Source: Azolla caroliniana (lineage: Eukaryota; Plantae; Polypodiophyta). From it: a stretch of DNA of 64,000 nt. Location: positions 19,158,001 to 19,222,000 of the forward strand of contig JBHGNT010000011.1 in the NCBI GenBank assembly GCA_043228905.1, in the 5' to 3' direction. Made by a program: the position numbers and the translations under genes. The number at the start of each line of letters is the position of its first letter. Position 1 is the first letter of the stretch. A model generated the notes under the pieces. That model was not told the origin of the DNA, searched no databases, and was given only the letters and a program-made list of their open reading frames with translations. This document shows positions 48,321 through 61,639 of this stretch, in pieces.

Positions 48321-51300
48321 TTGCTAATACTCAAGATTCGGTTCACACTCAAATGGTGCTCTTGCAAGAGCAAAATGTCAAGGATCCCCTTAAAGCTCGA
48401 GGATTTGAACTCTTGATAGAAGTTCTTCCTCTCCATTATGCATTTGCTGCCGTCTAGACCATGTATGTTCCATGTGATTAATTTCATGAAATCAATTGTG
48501 AAGTCTCCCAAGAAGGACATAGTCCCTCCCCACGAGTCCATGCCCAAACTCCCTCCCTGATTCTCTCCCATCCTAAAAACATGTCTTTCCTTGTAGCTTC
48601 TTCCATTTCCTCCTCATGGAAGTGTAACACCTCATCGAGGGAGTCTACCAACTCCTCTAGGCATAGTAGTAGTTGCTTTTTAATGCAAGAATGATTGAAA
48701 CTCCCACATATCATTCTAGCATTCATCCACATCACCATCCAATGATCTCCATTCTAGGTGATAGGCAGGTTGTTAAAGTATTTGTGTGCCCTAACTTCTA
48801 TAGAGCTGGAGATCCGTGTCATGTTATTGGTTGAAACCTCTAGGTTTGTTAGATCAAAAGAGATGCCTATAGTAGGCAGCTTGTTTCGTTCAACAATTAC
48901 TACATAAACCCTTAGCCCTAGGGCTTTCCCATGACACAAATCAGTCAGTCTTGTGAGAGCCAGCCGGCTAAACTTATACCCTTGTCAAGCGTGTTCCTTT
49001 CCAGTATTTTTGACCCAACAAATTTAACTGGAACTCTAACATCTGCCTCCATACTTACTTGTCTCAACTCTTGCAACTTCTGAATTTCAAAAGTGATGGA
49101 TAAGCTTTCTTGGCACCTCCTATTGCGTATCCAGTCTTTCATTGCTCTCAATCCAATACTTCCATTTTTGCCAATGGAGGAGGGGGAGCTCATGATAGAT
49201 TCCTGTCTGAGTAATGCACTTTTTAGCAAGACCTCGGGTGTACACGCTATCACCTCTTCAACAATAATTGTCCTTGGATCTTATGTTAGGTCCTCCTCTT
49301 CTTGCAACACTCCAAAACGATTTCACAAATCTACATGAGACGTATCTGTGTTTACTTCTCGTTGCAAACCATTTTTGCATCCCAAAACAAGAGTCCAACC
49401 ATTTGCACCAGTCTTCGTCTTCTCAGCCCCATTGAGGGTACTCGAACTTGTCACCCTTATCGTCTCTTGCTTAGCTAATGGCCTTGTAACCTTCGCCCCC
49501 TTTACATTACTATTGAGATTCCTAGGGCATTCCTTAGCAGTGTGGCCCTTTTTTTTATGATAAAAACATTGGCCAGGTAGTCCTTCATATTCCACTTCCA
49601 CGTTTATCAGTATAGCCTCCACATCATGCACCCTAATTATAGAGGGGAGTGTAGACAAACTTTGCACAAGCACCCTAATCTTAGGGGAGTCTCTGATTAT
49701 GTCTACCATGGTTGCCTTTGAAGGACAAACTGTGCCAATCTTCTCCCCAATATTTTGTATCAAAGGATATAATTGTCGTGGAAGATTAGGAAATACCATA
49801 GATATCACCATGGGATTACCAATTTTCTTAGCCTCATCCATAACATTGAAGTTAGCATGCCACTCCAAACAAAAAGCTCTTCCATATTTGAGCTCCACAC
49901 ATTTCATATCAATAATTTGAGATACATCACTCCCCTCAACCACTTCAATGAGAGAAATTTCGTCCCATATTGACACTCAATTAACTATATATATATATAT
50001 ATATATGCAAAAGTTTCTATACCACGGTCCACTTATACGATTTTGTGCATAGTCCAAAGTATTTAATAAAAGCATCACATCATGTGGATAACAAAAGCAT
50101 AATATTTGCATTCCCAATGGTAACCTCTTAATGCCTTCTTATTTTACAAACTCATTAACCATTTGTATCATTACACCAATGTGTAAGCCAAAGTGTGAGT
50201 GTCCTTGCTTCACGCCAATAATGTTTGTGAACAAAATCTGAAATTCCATATACATATACATATAATGTATACATATACATGTACAAATACGTATGCATCA
50301 TTGCTCATAGATGTATCATGTGACCATATACTCTCACCATCTTAAAAGCTACTCTTATGGCATTATATCATAAGCTTTCTTGAAGTTTACAAGGAATCAA
50401 TATAATAATTTACCATTCAAATGTGTTTCCTCCATTAGGTCTCAAAGGTTGATGAGGTGGCCAATAGTGATTGTAAAGCATGCAGTCTTTTTAATATCTT
50501 CACCGTATGTCATTAGCTTTGTTTCCATTAGAGATACAAATAAATTTGAGATACGAGAATCAACCATGACCGTCCATTAGTTGTGTGCATTATTTATATT
50601 TCCCTCTTTAAGTAAAGGTTTGATCCTATTTGTATTTCTTTATATCACATCGTAGTGCGCAATTGGACTTACAATATATTCAAAGATGTGTTTCTCTCAT
50701 TTATTTGAGCATTTTACTGTTGATACTTTGAAGATATTTGCTTTACAAGTTGCCAATTTGTTTAGTCATATGGATTCATACTCAATTGTAAATAAGGAAA
50801 GGATATGTGAAGGAGAACCATAACTCACAATCGTTCTCATGTTTGATTATTCATATATATTTTTACAAATGATAACATAAGCCCATAAGAGTTAAGTTAC
50901 CATAACTATATGCACATGCTTTATTTTTTCATGAAAAAATATCCTCCATTGGTATTAAAAGTAAAGTGGCCAGAGGCAATATACAAAGTAGCCCATATAT
51001 TAAAAAAAATGTTGTAAAGTAGTGGACGAATGAAGAAAGTACAATGAAACATACCATTCTCTAGATCAGCAAGACGAAGAAGAACACAACATGAGTACTC
51101 CTATGACTTGTTTGTGAATCGTTAAGGAATTCCAAGTGATAGAAACACCATCTTCCAACAACTATATGCACATGTTTTCTCTTAGGTTTGTTAAGATTAT
51201 AGATTAATGTCTATATCAAGAAGAAAATGGGGGCATACATAAACATAAGGAAGTGCATAAATTGAAGAGGCTATAACAAATACATGTTGAAATGCTAGAC

Positions 51301-53356
51301 ATAAATGTGTTTGTGATAAGAATATAAGAAGTATTTGTCTCTTTGGCACTAATGCTAAACCACATGCACATATTTTTTGTGCATACACACCAGTGTAATT
51401 GTTAAAACACGGTCGACCCAAAATACCATGCATTGTTGTCTTCCACTCAAGTTCTCGTAAATATAATTACCCAATACTTATGTTCATTTATTAATTACGG
51501 TGTCATTTTACATAAATACTTTTCTGCATATAGCACTACCTAGTACCATCAATAAAATTGTAAGGAAAACCCACAATAGGAAAGCATTACTTTTATTCAT
51601 CACAAATAATTTCGTTTTGATTCAAGCGCTTAACTTAGATTGGGTATTATAAAAACTCTTTGTAAATTATGTCTTGAGATTAACCACACTAATAATTTGC
51701 TTTTAAGAAAGGCTTAATAAAATGTTCTTTGATATTTATTTTACACAATACGAGGAGTGGAAGTGATAACATTACCCTTTTACATAATGGTTAATAGGAA
51801 GTTGAAGTCTAACGATCACAAATATATATCACAACTTCTTGATAAAGTAACCTTTCCATGGATATTGGAAAGGCATCCATTGTGTCCAAGTTTTTACAAT
51901 CTATAAACATAATATTCATTTTGATATGTACATATACAAATATAAAGGTGTGAAAATTTACATTGTAAAGGGGCAACATACTGATGTTGTTTTGAAGCCA
52001 TTAGCTTTCTTAAATCAATCATTTGTAGGCGTTGAAATTCTCCATTTACTTTGAAATACCAAATCATTGGAGAAAATAAGACAATAACACCAAACACTCA
52101 TGTGCATGAACCTTGGACACAAATAATAATTACAAGAATTTAAATAAATGTAAATTTGCATACCAATTCAAGATTCTAAAGACATAATTACAGATCTCAT
52201 AAAAGTTTAATGATAACACATTTGTATGTGGTCCATCGTACTCTTTATAAAAAGGTTTGGCAATTTCATCATTAGAGATGTTAATCAATCCAATTATTCT
52301 CAAACAATAGCTTAATAGTAGGGTTCTTGTACATTAATGTTGATGTATATTTTAGAGGTGTCATACATCTAATACGTCTATTGATTTTTACATGTTCCTA
52401 ACATTACGAAAATGTCATTGTCATTATTGAAAACATTGATTATAGCTTGGTCAAGGATGACATGCACTCTAGGGGGTATCATATAGGGAATGAAATCCGT
52501 GGCTATGGTGTAGCTTGTGGTTTTTCCTTATGTGGACCTAATTTGGTTTATATGTTGGTGTCGCCACCACACTTATGCTTTACGACTAGCTTTGCGTAAT
52601 CTTTTTTTCTTTATTGAAAAGGAGTGGGTATGTGCAATTATTATTAAAAAGAACAGAAAGGACATACATACAATGTCTACATCTCTAACAATACTTGGAT
52701 AGTCTCAAATTTCATAGAGGAATTTTCAACAAGAATTCTCTACACCATCGATGTCAATTCATAACTTATCATATAAGTTGGGTATGTATGCATGTGTTTC
52801 CCGCCGAATGTTTGAATATGTGACATAATGATGTTACAATTTTTGTAGATGCGTGGATCATAAGTTGATTTGTGCTAAAAAGCCATCATGTTTTCCGTGG
52901 AATGTAAGGCCTCTACCCATATCATGCCAAATGGAACGATGAACTATAGTTAACCTATAAGTTCTTGGAATATGCAACAAGTCTTTGTTGCAAAGGAAAT
53001 GAGATGAACAGTGGCGGTTTATGTAAGATAAATAATAGTATGTGCAATGCTGAGTTGGTGATTATGATAACGTTGATCCATGCATTTTATTGGATAATAA
53101 ACGTTTTCTAAGCACAATGCAAGTTGGCGATGGTTGGTGACATCATTAACACAAATATCATATATGGTAATGTATATAGCATAGACCTTTTTCTTGTGAA
53201 ATGAATATTATATGACAAGGTTACAACATCACCACTTTATTCTTGTATGGAATGTCAAGTCTATATAAGGGCATCTCAAAGAGTGGGATGATGGGAAGAG
53301 TCGGGAAGAACATAAGAGAGAGCCAAGGAGACATCGTAGTAGATAGAAAGAGAAGT

Positions 53357-53593
53357 ATGGAGAATGGTAATGGAACAATAAGCTATGGAGGAGTTAGTAT
53401 TTTAATGGCTAGTAATAATAACAATAGAGCATTGCCAAGAAGAGGGCATGTGAAGAAAGAAATTGCAACAAAGTTTGTGCGTTATTTGAGTGGACGCAAA
53501 ACCTATCCATCCAACTCGAGCAACGAGATGAGATCCTCCACCCCACCCTCCTCGTTATCATCTGAGCCCTCTTATCATTTTCCACCAACTTGA
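53357..53593 (+). CDS. Small protein with PRRGxVK motif, copy 2 (78 aa)
   Basis: MENGNGTISYGGVSILMASNNNNRALPRRGHVKKEIATKFVRYLSGRK...S/P-rich tail; TATA CTATATAAGGG at 53261; purine-rich leader. Confidence 0.7.
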   Translation: MENGNGTISYGGVSILMASNNNNRALPRRGHVKKEIATKFVRYLSGRKTYPSNSSNEMRSSTPPSSLSSEPSYHFPPT

Positions 53594-53656
53594 AGCCTCA
53601 CCAACTACAATTGTATATCCACTCTTACCAACTACACTCAAACCCATTCTTTGACA

Positions 53657-53729
53657 TATACATACATACATACATACTTACATACATACATACATACTTA
53701 CTTACTTACTTACTTACTTACATACATAC
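53657..53729. repeat. (ACAT)n/(ACTT)n microsatellite
   Basis: Directly visible. Confidence 0.9.
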
Positions 53730-56307
53730 GTTGTTTACTTTACAAATAGCATTTGTTACTTGTATGTATACACTCAACCTTAGATTAGACAAAAAGACTC
53801 GAGCTTCGTTGTACAAAATATCATTTAATCCACCCACTAATAACATAGTAGAGAAGCAACATACTATGAATCTATTAATATGCATGCAAAGTCCAATCTC
53901 TAACGTTTCCTCAAAGACTTAGAGCAATGAAAATCCAAAATTTGTACAACTCTTTTCTCCATGGCTCTCGATGTTGCTTTTGGCTTTTATGTGTTTCTCC
54001 TAAGCTCAATGAATAATTGTCTCATTCTTGTACAAAAATCCCAATGGATTGAATTTATAACTCCTATTACTATCATATGAGAGTACAATGGGGATTGGGG
54101 GTATTATTTTGAGGTAATTCATAAACACTTACTTGAGAGATAGGCCCTATTTTACGAAGAAGTCATACAATAACTGGGACAATATAGGGTAGTAGGTATA
54201 TACATATGTGTGTGATTGTGTAGTTAGGTATGCATGTAATATATGCACCATGTAAGGGGCACATAACATTGCACTAATGCATGCTACATAACACTCATTA
54301 TGAATGGTGAAATTTTCATGGGCTCAAATATTTGTGTTTTAGCTTAGTACATTTAGGAAAGGGCATATAGTTGCACTTCTTCATAGGGTTCTACATAATA
54401 AAGTGGACTCACAAGTGTACATAAGTAGGATTGAAAAGGGGTATGTCAGACTCATCATATTCAAAGAATCATGAGACACATATGTAAGGGGGTTGAAATC
54501 CGTCAAGTTTGAACTCTTCATATAATTGCGAATAAGTGTAAAAGAGGGACATGTGAGTATATATACAGCCAAAATGTAGAGAGTTTTATCTTGGGTGTAT
54601 ACATATAGATAATGCCCCTTCACCCAAAGAATGAAACGATTAGGAAACAAAACTGCTCCTTGAGCCTTAACTATCTTTGACTATGTTACATGTTTAAATA
54701 TATGGAGCATGATGGGTAGCCTAACTAGAGAAAGTTCTAGTAGAAGATACAACACTATATACCAATAAAACCCAAATTGGCCCATTTAGAAAAACATCCA
54801 AATGTGTATTAGAAGTATAATAGGCCCATGGTGACCTATATAAACATCTTATAAATTTGACCATAGGTTCCCATTCTTGATATTGATGTTAGTTATACAT
54901 GGATTTACCTCATCTTTGATCGCTATACAAAAGCACCTTAAGAACTATCTATGGTGTTAATTCACTAAAGTTGCAGTTTGTAGGCCTTGTGTCTTTCTTC
55001 AAACTCTTGAATTTGAGGCCTTGGCTACTCTACTCTCACACCCATTATGTGTAGGCCAATGATATGACATGACGAATGTCAAGCTCGAGGTTAGATCGTT
55101 CTTCTAGCATCCAAGCTTGATGGTGATCCTATATTGGCTCTATGGTTGGGAGTCAAATGCATAACTTTACCTTATGTAGGATGGATCCATAAAAGACCGT
55201 GCTTTCCCATTAGTTAGGAAAGTTTTTTATAGAAAATTGATTGTGTGAGAACTACATTACAGAAAACAAAATGTATACATTTGCAAAATTACATGTATTA
55301 CTCTTTATTTGTAGGGTGTCTATGTAGGGCTTTTTGTTTTGAAACATTATTTGGAAGCCTAAGTTTATTTTCGAGAATATAATGTCTAGTAATATTGTGG
55401 TGTCCCTTTCAAATGCACATAATATATATGGTTGCCAACAACCTACAAGGTAATATTTCTAATGGAAAAAATAGAATAGAATTAGGATATTTGTGGTGGA
55501 ATATGAACACCATGTGCATACATTCCCAACAAATGCATCAAATGACCAATGCCGCTAAATATTGGTAAATTAATTATAATACCTTTCTCTGGTCAAGTTA
55601 GTGACAACATCTTTTCATCGTATATTTGTTTACGCACTTGTTCTTTAACCTCATTGTATATGGCTTCCAAACCACAATTCAACAACAAAAATGAGGAGTT
55701 TAATTAAAACTTAACTTCTATACTTAATTAGCTAGCACAATTGATCAAAACTTACATATAGAAAATCATAAAAGGAAACACCACACTTATTGTTAACACC
55801 AACCATGCTCAATACAAAGTGTGGTCTTGAATGATGGGGATATTACAAGGACATTTTTACCTCCTAGTATTTATAGTGTATTGTACCGATTTTGAAAAAT
55901 GTGTTAAAAGTAGTGCATCTAATACAATGATACATGCATAACAAATTTGGAGTATGCTTGAATGAATTCGAGGAGTCAAACCACACATCTTGTTGGTAAT
56001 TGTTGAAACCTCAAAGTTATTCCTTTAAAATCATATTAGTATGCTTGGTTTGGCCTTCACTTTGTAGACAATAGCTTCAAAAGAGCTTGCAAGAAATTCT
56101 AAGCAGTTTGGGCAAGTGTGTCCAAAACTTTGAGATGAACCTTCGCCTAGAAATACCTAAGAGTAATTCTACAAATGATCAAGCATATATGTGATGGAGA
56201 TAAGTCGTTTATGTTTGTGTGTTATATGTATGTGTATGTGAGAAAGAGTTAGGAAGCAAGATTATAGAGCCCTTAAGGGATCCAAAAGAATTTCTCACAA
56301 CAATTTT

Positions 56308-56587
56308 ATTTTATTTTATTTCCAAAAAAAGATACTACATTATTATTATTAGAAAACGCAATAAGGCTAAACATACAAGATATACAACAAATCCCCTATA
56401 TTTTTCTAAATTCTAACCATTGGCTTAAATAAATACTTTGGTGTTGAGTAAAACCACTCCACCTTATCAAGAAGCCGTCTATAAAATATATCTATGTCCT
56501 AGATGGCGTGAAACTCCAAACGCTTAAGCTCCGCTTGGTGCGTATTACCTTTTATACTATCCAACAATTCTCTAAGATTATGCACAA
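56308..56587 (-). mobile_element. 5'-truncated LINE copy of the same family as 7645-7922
   Basis: Reverse complement aligns by eye to 7645-7922; TSD TCTCACAACAATTTT (56293-56307 and 56588-56602). Confidence 0.88.
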
Positions 56588-57427
56588 TCTCACAACAATT
56601 TTTTATGGTCCTAAATCTCAGGTTTGAGGATTTTTAAATCAATTACATTTAGTGGCTTAAATATATCCCATTCAAAATCCATTCATGTTACTTCACTTGG
56701 GCTAGTTGGAACGTGGGTGATAAATATAACATTAACATTGTTTGTGTCATCGTTATAGAAGGGGATCACCATTATTAAAAGATTTTGATGGGTATGTTAA
56801 GGAACTTTAAGCATGATTAAGAGATATTGATAACATGGGGTTGGTGATAAAAGAGATGTGAAGTTATATAAGGATGTTGCTTGCCCTACCTTGACTTACG
56901 CGAATTTCTTTTGCCTTCTTACATGTGATATCACTTGGGATAAAGAAACACCGATAGATTAGTTTTGCCTTAGCCATTGGCTATCATTATATTCATAATA
57001 ATCATCGCAACATAGTAGTTAACAACTTGATCGCTATACTCATGGTAATGGTTAGAACATTTCACATGGTAATTTTTGAAGTATTTCACCTAATTGTCAA
57101 TTGGAAAACATGGATTGTAGGAAAGTGGCAAGCATGCCTCAAGGTTAGGTTGTAAACATGCACAATTTCAATATCCTCAAACATATTTGCTCTTGTTATT
57201 CTTGTATGTGGTAAAAAATCCATCCCTTCTTTCTTTTTTGATTCATTATTGTTTTTGGTTTTAGCCTTGACACTACCTCTCATTAGAGAGCTTGCTAAGT
57301 TTCATAAGCAACATAACCTCTTTCCCCATATTTTGTGACGAGAGAATACCTTAATGTTATATTTGGTGTCCTAGATGGATTGGTCGGCCGTGAATAATAA
57401 TAAATATAATTATACATATTTCTATCT

Positions 57428-57730
57428 TGTCCTTTTTGTTTGTTCTAGATACTCTAACATACACTTTTGTGCATGTCATATACCTCATGGGTTGGTTTTG
57501 ATTTACAGGAGATGACAAATTGTTTGTGAGTGTTTATATAGTAGATATTGCAAAATAGGAAGGTTCACATACGATAACACATGTTTGCCTTTTTTGTTTG
57601 TTTCGGATACTCTAACATACATTTTTGTACATGTCTTATACCTCATGGATTGGTTTTGATCTAGAAGAGATATGGCAAATTGTTCGTGAGTGTTTATATG
57701 GTAGATATAGCAAAATAGGTAAGGTTCACA
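57428..57730. repeat. ~157-bp tandem duplication upstream of the peptide ORF
   Basis: GATACTCTAACATACA...CAAAATAGG..AAGGTTCACA x2. Confidence 0.85.
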
Positions 57731-58067
57731 CACACATAATGATAATATTATGCCAACTTTGATAAATGTGAGTTTGAACCATGTGCAACTTCTCAAGAGA
57801 TCTAGTGAAGAAGTTATAGGGTTCAACAATTAATAAAAAAAAGGGTGTGAGAATTTTAGTGTGTCGAGGAATAAAAAGGAATATTGATTGCTTGTTAAAA
57901 GGTAAGAGAAGTCTCGATAATGGGCATTGTTAATGGGTGCCCACACATATTATTCTCATTTTGGACTTTGAAAAGAATAAGTGTGAGTCACCCTAAAAAG
58001 TGATGATATTGTGAACATATAAATATAAGAACATGTTGGAGTGGGAGTGGGAGAGAGACAAGACTAA

Positions 58068-58250
58068 ATGGGTTCCTTGAAGAGAACTCTAGTGTTTCTT
58101 TTAATTGTCCTCCTCTTTCAACGACTCGTCTATAATGGAGGATCCTTTGTCAATGATTATGCAGGAGATTATATGCCTTCTCATAATGAAGATTTTGGTC
58201 TCTCTCCTCCCCCTCTTCCTAATCCCACTAGACGTCTTCTAGAATACTAG
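58068..58250 (+). CDS. Small secreted peptide precursor (60 aa), DY/Pro-rich type
   Basis: Signal-peptide-like N-terminus MGSLKRTLVFLLIVLLFQ; then NDYAGDYMPSHNEDFGLSPPPLPNPTRRLL; TATA-like TATAAATATAAG at ~58018. Confidence 0.7.
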   Translation: MGSLKRTLVFLLIVLLFQRLVYNGGSFVNDYAGDYMPSHNEDFGLSPPPLPNPTRRLLEY

Positions 58251-59122
58251 CTATTAATTTTTACACATATGTACATAATACACACACACACAGATAGATC
58301 TAACCATGATAATGCTTTCATTTGAACTAATAAATCTAGTTATTTTTCATTATCATCTAGTTCTCCCTACTCATAATTAATCTATGATGTAGTTATGACA
58401 ACCTTGGATCAAATTTGGGCCTCATATGAAATGCCATGCGATCATGTTACTTCTACATTGCAAGATGGATTAAGTTTTAAATAGATGTTACCAAATCTGT
58501 ATCATATGAGCTAGCATTATAAATATCTCAGTGAGAAGATTCCAATTCATCAACAAGCAATCAAATTGGAATTATGTGAAAGTTAAGAAGCTTTCCCAAA
58601 AACCAAAACCTAGAAGTTCCCCGAGAGAAGCACTTTTCGTATTGGTTGAATGGTAAGCACTTTAGAATGATCCAAATTTAGTTCGGTTGATAATCAATAT
58701 TGGTTAGTAAACATGTCCAATGAAACCCTAACTATAGTCTATTATCAATTGGTTCTTATTTATGATCAATATATCATGAACTAACAATGATTAATAAATA
58801 CTTATTGCTACAAGTTGTATTAGTAAATTTTACCAAGTTTTTATTAGTAGTTTTTAAGACTACTAATAAGTTGATGGTGAACCAAAATTTGATGGTGAAC
58901 CAAATTTTCTCTAAGTATGCAAGAATCTCCAAACTATATAGAAAATTTAGAAATTAGCTTAAAGTGTATTGATAGTTTTTTATAGGACTAACTTGATCAT
59001 TGTATGTATCGTATGGTGGTATTGTACATAAATGTGTCTAAGGCCCTATGAATACTAGAAAGTTCATGTTGTAGCGATTGACTTCTATAGACATGTTGTA
59101 CACCTAAGTTACAAGTCATCAT

Positions 59123-59262
59123 TGTAACTAGGCTCAATTTCTAGGACTTGAGCGGAGGGGGATTCCCCGTTCTATGCTTAAGCCTCCTTGTACAGTCTCT
59201 TTGTAATAATCTTACCTAACTAATGGGAAAGTAGCTTCATTTTGGAAAAAAAGAAGAAGAAT
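59123..59262 (+). mobile_element. 140-bp LINE 3'-tail insertion
   Basis: TSD TTACAAGTCATCAT (59109-59122 and 59263-59276); tail motif and A-rich end. Confidence 0.85.
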
Positions 59263-59362
59263 TTACAAGTCATCATACATAAATACTGTTGGTTTTTCAA
59301 ACTGATATCTTTTTCGTTTTTTAATAAACAATTATCATCACATTACAACGATTTTGGAGTTT

Positions 59363-59598
59363 TGGTTATTGTTTAGTTATGTAAGTTGTATGTTTGTTCA
59401 TATTTGCCATCACCCAAGTGAGAAGTAATGTGAATTCTAAGTGGTTATTGTTTAATTATGTAAGTTGCATGTATGTTCATATTTGCCATCACCCAAGTGA
59501 GAAGTAATGTGAATTCTAAGTGGTTATTGTTTAATTATGTAAGTTGTATGTATGTTCATATTTGCCATCACTCAAGTAAGAAGTAATGTGAATTCTAA
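59363..59598. repeat. 79-bp tandem repeat x3
   Basis: TGGTTATTGTTTA at 59363, 59442 and 59521. Confidence 0.95.
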
Positions 59599-59975
59599 CT
59601 GTTAGATTTACAACCATGTGTAAAGCATGTCAACACTTTCATATGGACATGAACACTTTCTTAAACATTCAAGTCGTTCACATTTGAGGACAACATTTGT
59701 CAAAATTGTGAACTACATATGAATCTATAATGGCCTTTAGTATGGTGTCTTGAAACTTATCTTAGAGTTTGAAATTTCTAAATTTGTGGTGGGATTCTAA
59801 ATTTTCTTAAAAGAGGTTGGGAAAACTTAATGGAGTTCAATATTGTTTTTTCTTTTCTAACTTTGTTTTATGGAAGCGGTATAGTGAAGGGATCATCAAT
59901 GTGCAAAATAATCAATAGAAGTATGGAGGAGTATTTAGAAGCTCAAAAGGAAGATCAGGAAACATGACATTACCT

Positions 59976-60017
59976 TTCTTCCTAACTAACGGGCAGGATA
60001 ATTTTTTGGAAAAAAAA
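59976..60017 (+). mobile_element. 42-bp ultra-truncated retroposed tail
   Basis: 17-bp TSD GAAACATGACATTACCT (59959-59975 and 60018-60034). Confidence 0.85.
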
Positions 60018-60689
60018 GAAACATGACATTACCTCTATAATTTAAACTATTTAAGGAGGATCAATGTAAAGAAAATTAGTTTATTTGATGAACAAATGCT
60101 TACTATGAAAATGTAACTCATGCTTCCCTACAAATTCTAGAGTGTGGCAAATCCCCAAATTTATGTTCGTCATGTTTCGATTATAGAAACAAACTCTATG
60201 AACAACTTTGGACCTACATGAATCCTTGATCTCAGAAGCACTTGATCAGTAATGTAAAATTGATGTAACAACTAAACATGACCATCGAGTATTGTAATAC
60301 ATTTTCCCCCAATTTCTTAATGTTGATGAATGAGCTTATGCGGTTACTTGCCCTTTCTAGAGTTTATGCACAATAGTAGTGCCAAACATTCATCCACAAA
60401 TTTTAACCAATTCATGTTAATGTCAAAAACAAATTGGGGATGTGACATATAAGTTAGATTAACCTTCTTACAATAAGGTTAAACCTATGTTTCATGTTAG
60501 CCATTTGAAGAAGAGTATTTCAAGGGATTCTACCACAATGCCTAAACAAATCTCTAAGTTAACAAATATTCAATGCACGCGATATGTTCATTGGCACATT
60601 TAATTGTTACACAATATTGCGTAAGATAAGTTTAGCGGTGTCCATTGGTGTTTATAAATTACGTCTCATATATGTGTTGTTGCATGACA

Positions 60690-60835
60690 TTTATTTTTTT
60701 TATTTTTTTTCCCAAAAAAACACTACTTCGCATTAGTTAGCAAACAAAGTACATCAACGACCAACAAATTTCAGCAAACCTCACTCTGGCCTTCTCGCCA
60801 AAGTGGTCATAGTCCCCACAAATGCCAACAAAATG
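60690..60835 (-). mobile_element. LINE 3'-tail fragment
   Basis: Reverse complement TTGATGTACTTTGTTTGCTAACTAATGCGAAGTAGTGTTTTTTTGGGAAAAAAAA closely resembles the tail at 29163-29220. Confidence 0.75.
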
Positions 60836-61639
60836 GATTATTAACACACTCATAGATCAATTCAAGCAGTATGATACTTTGATATTGAACAATGATTCCT
60901 GATTAGTATCAGAAGTTTCTTGGAGCAAACAAGATCGATAATTTATAAATCAACACAAATTTATGGAAGTGTTGTTCTTATTATTACGAATGGGAATAGT
61001 TCTAAAGCATGATCCCATGCATGCGGTACGTCCATAACACAAACCTGACGATGCATGACCCATTCATTACCATGCTTATGGTACCATCCAAGACACACAT
61101 GACATAGACATTCATCCCATGTGCAACCATGTATTTTCATAATAATAACATTTTCATGGAACATCCCTAAAGCATCCATGAAGTTACATGTGAACATCTA
61201 TATTGTACATTCAATGTCCCACAACATTAATCTTGGCATATTCACACATCTATGGCATACTATGAACATTTATATGCTTGCTTTTCATGGTCAACCATAT
61301 GTTTGTAATCATACCATGGAGTGTGATATTTGCCAATTAATTAAGTGAAACATTGTTGCATTGATCAAATTTGTTGCAAATTTGTATCAATATAGCAGGC
61401 ACAAAAAAAGAAATAATGTGACATAATCAAATCCTTTCAACTATTCTCAATGAATTTCTTTTGATGCTTGTCGTTGAAAGTTTTTGTTGAGTTTTACACA
61501 AAGGTTATACAGATTTCTTGATAGATTGCTTTACGATCAATAGAATGTAATTTTTGTTTTGTTTTAGAATTGTCTTTTATAAGGCAATGCCAAAAAATTT
61601 AACCCCAGTTCTCGAAAGTGAATGCCATTCATTTAGGAG

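Larger units (their letters stand above)
40345..49976 (-). mobile_element. L1-type LINE, degenerate and 3'-truncated, split by a Copia insertion
   Basis: ORF1 at ~49976-48500 with decayed knuckle CFYHKKKGHTAKECP. ORF2 starts at 48487 (MKLITWNIHG...LLQEHH, APE endonuclease) and resumes at 42559 (GDFN, IDRIY, SDH). RT motifs WRPITLLNSIYKI, LDFEKAY, VRQGCPLAPYL, YADD (40622-40611). Multiple stops. Confidence 0.93.

Noticed and set aside
52452-52467. CAAGGATGACATGCAC resembling internal U6 sequence
   Set aside because: Only 16 nt with a mismatch; not distinguishable from chance.
57086-57283. Minus-strand ORF starting MRGSVKAK, a possible fourth PRRG-family copy
   Set aside because: Lacks PR, lacks the hydrophobic helix and Ser-rich tail, and is on the opposite strand; probably chance.
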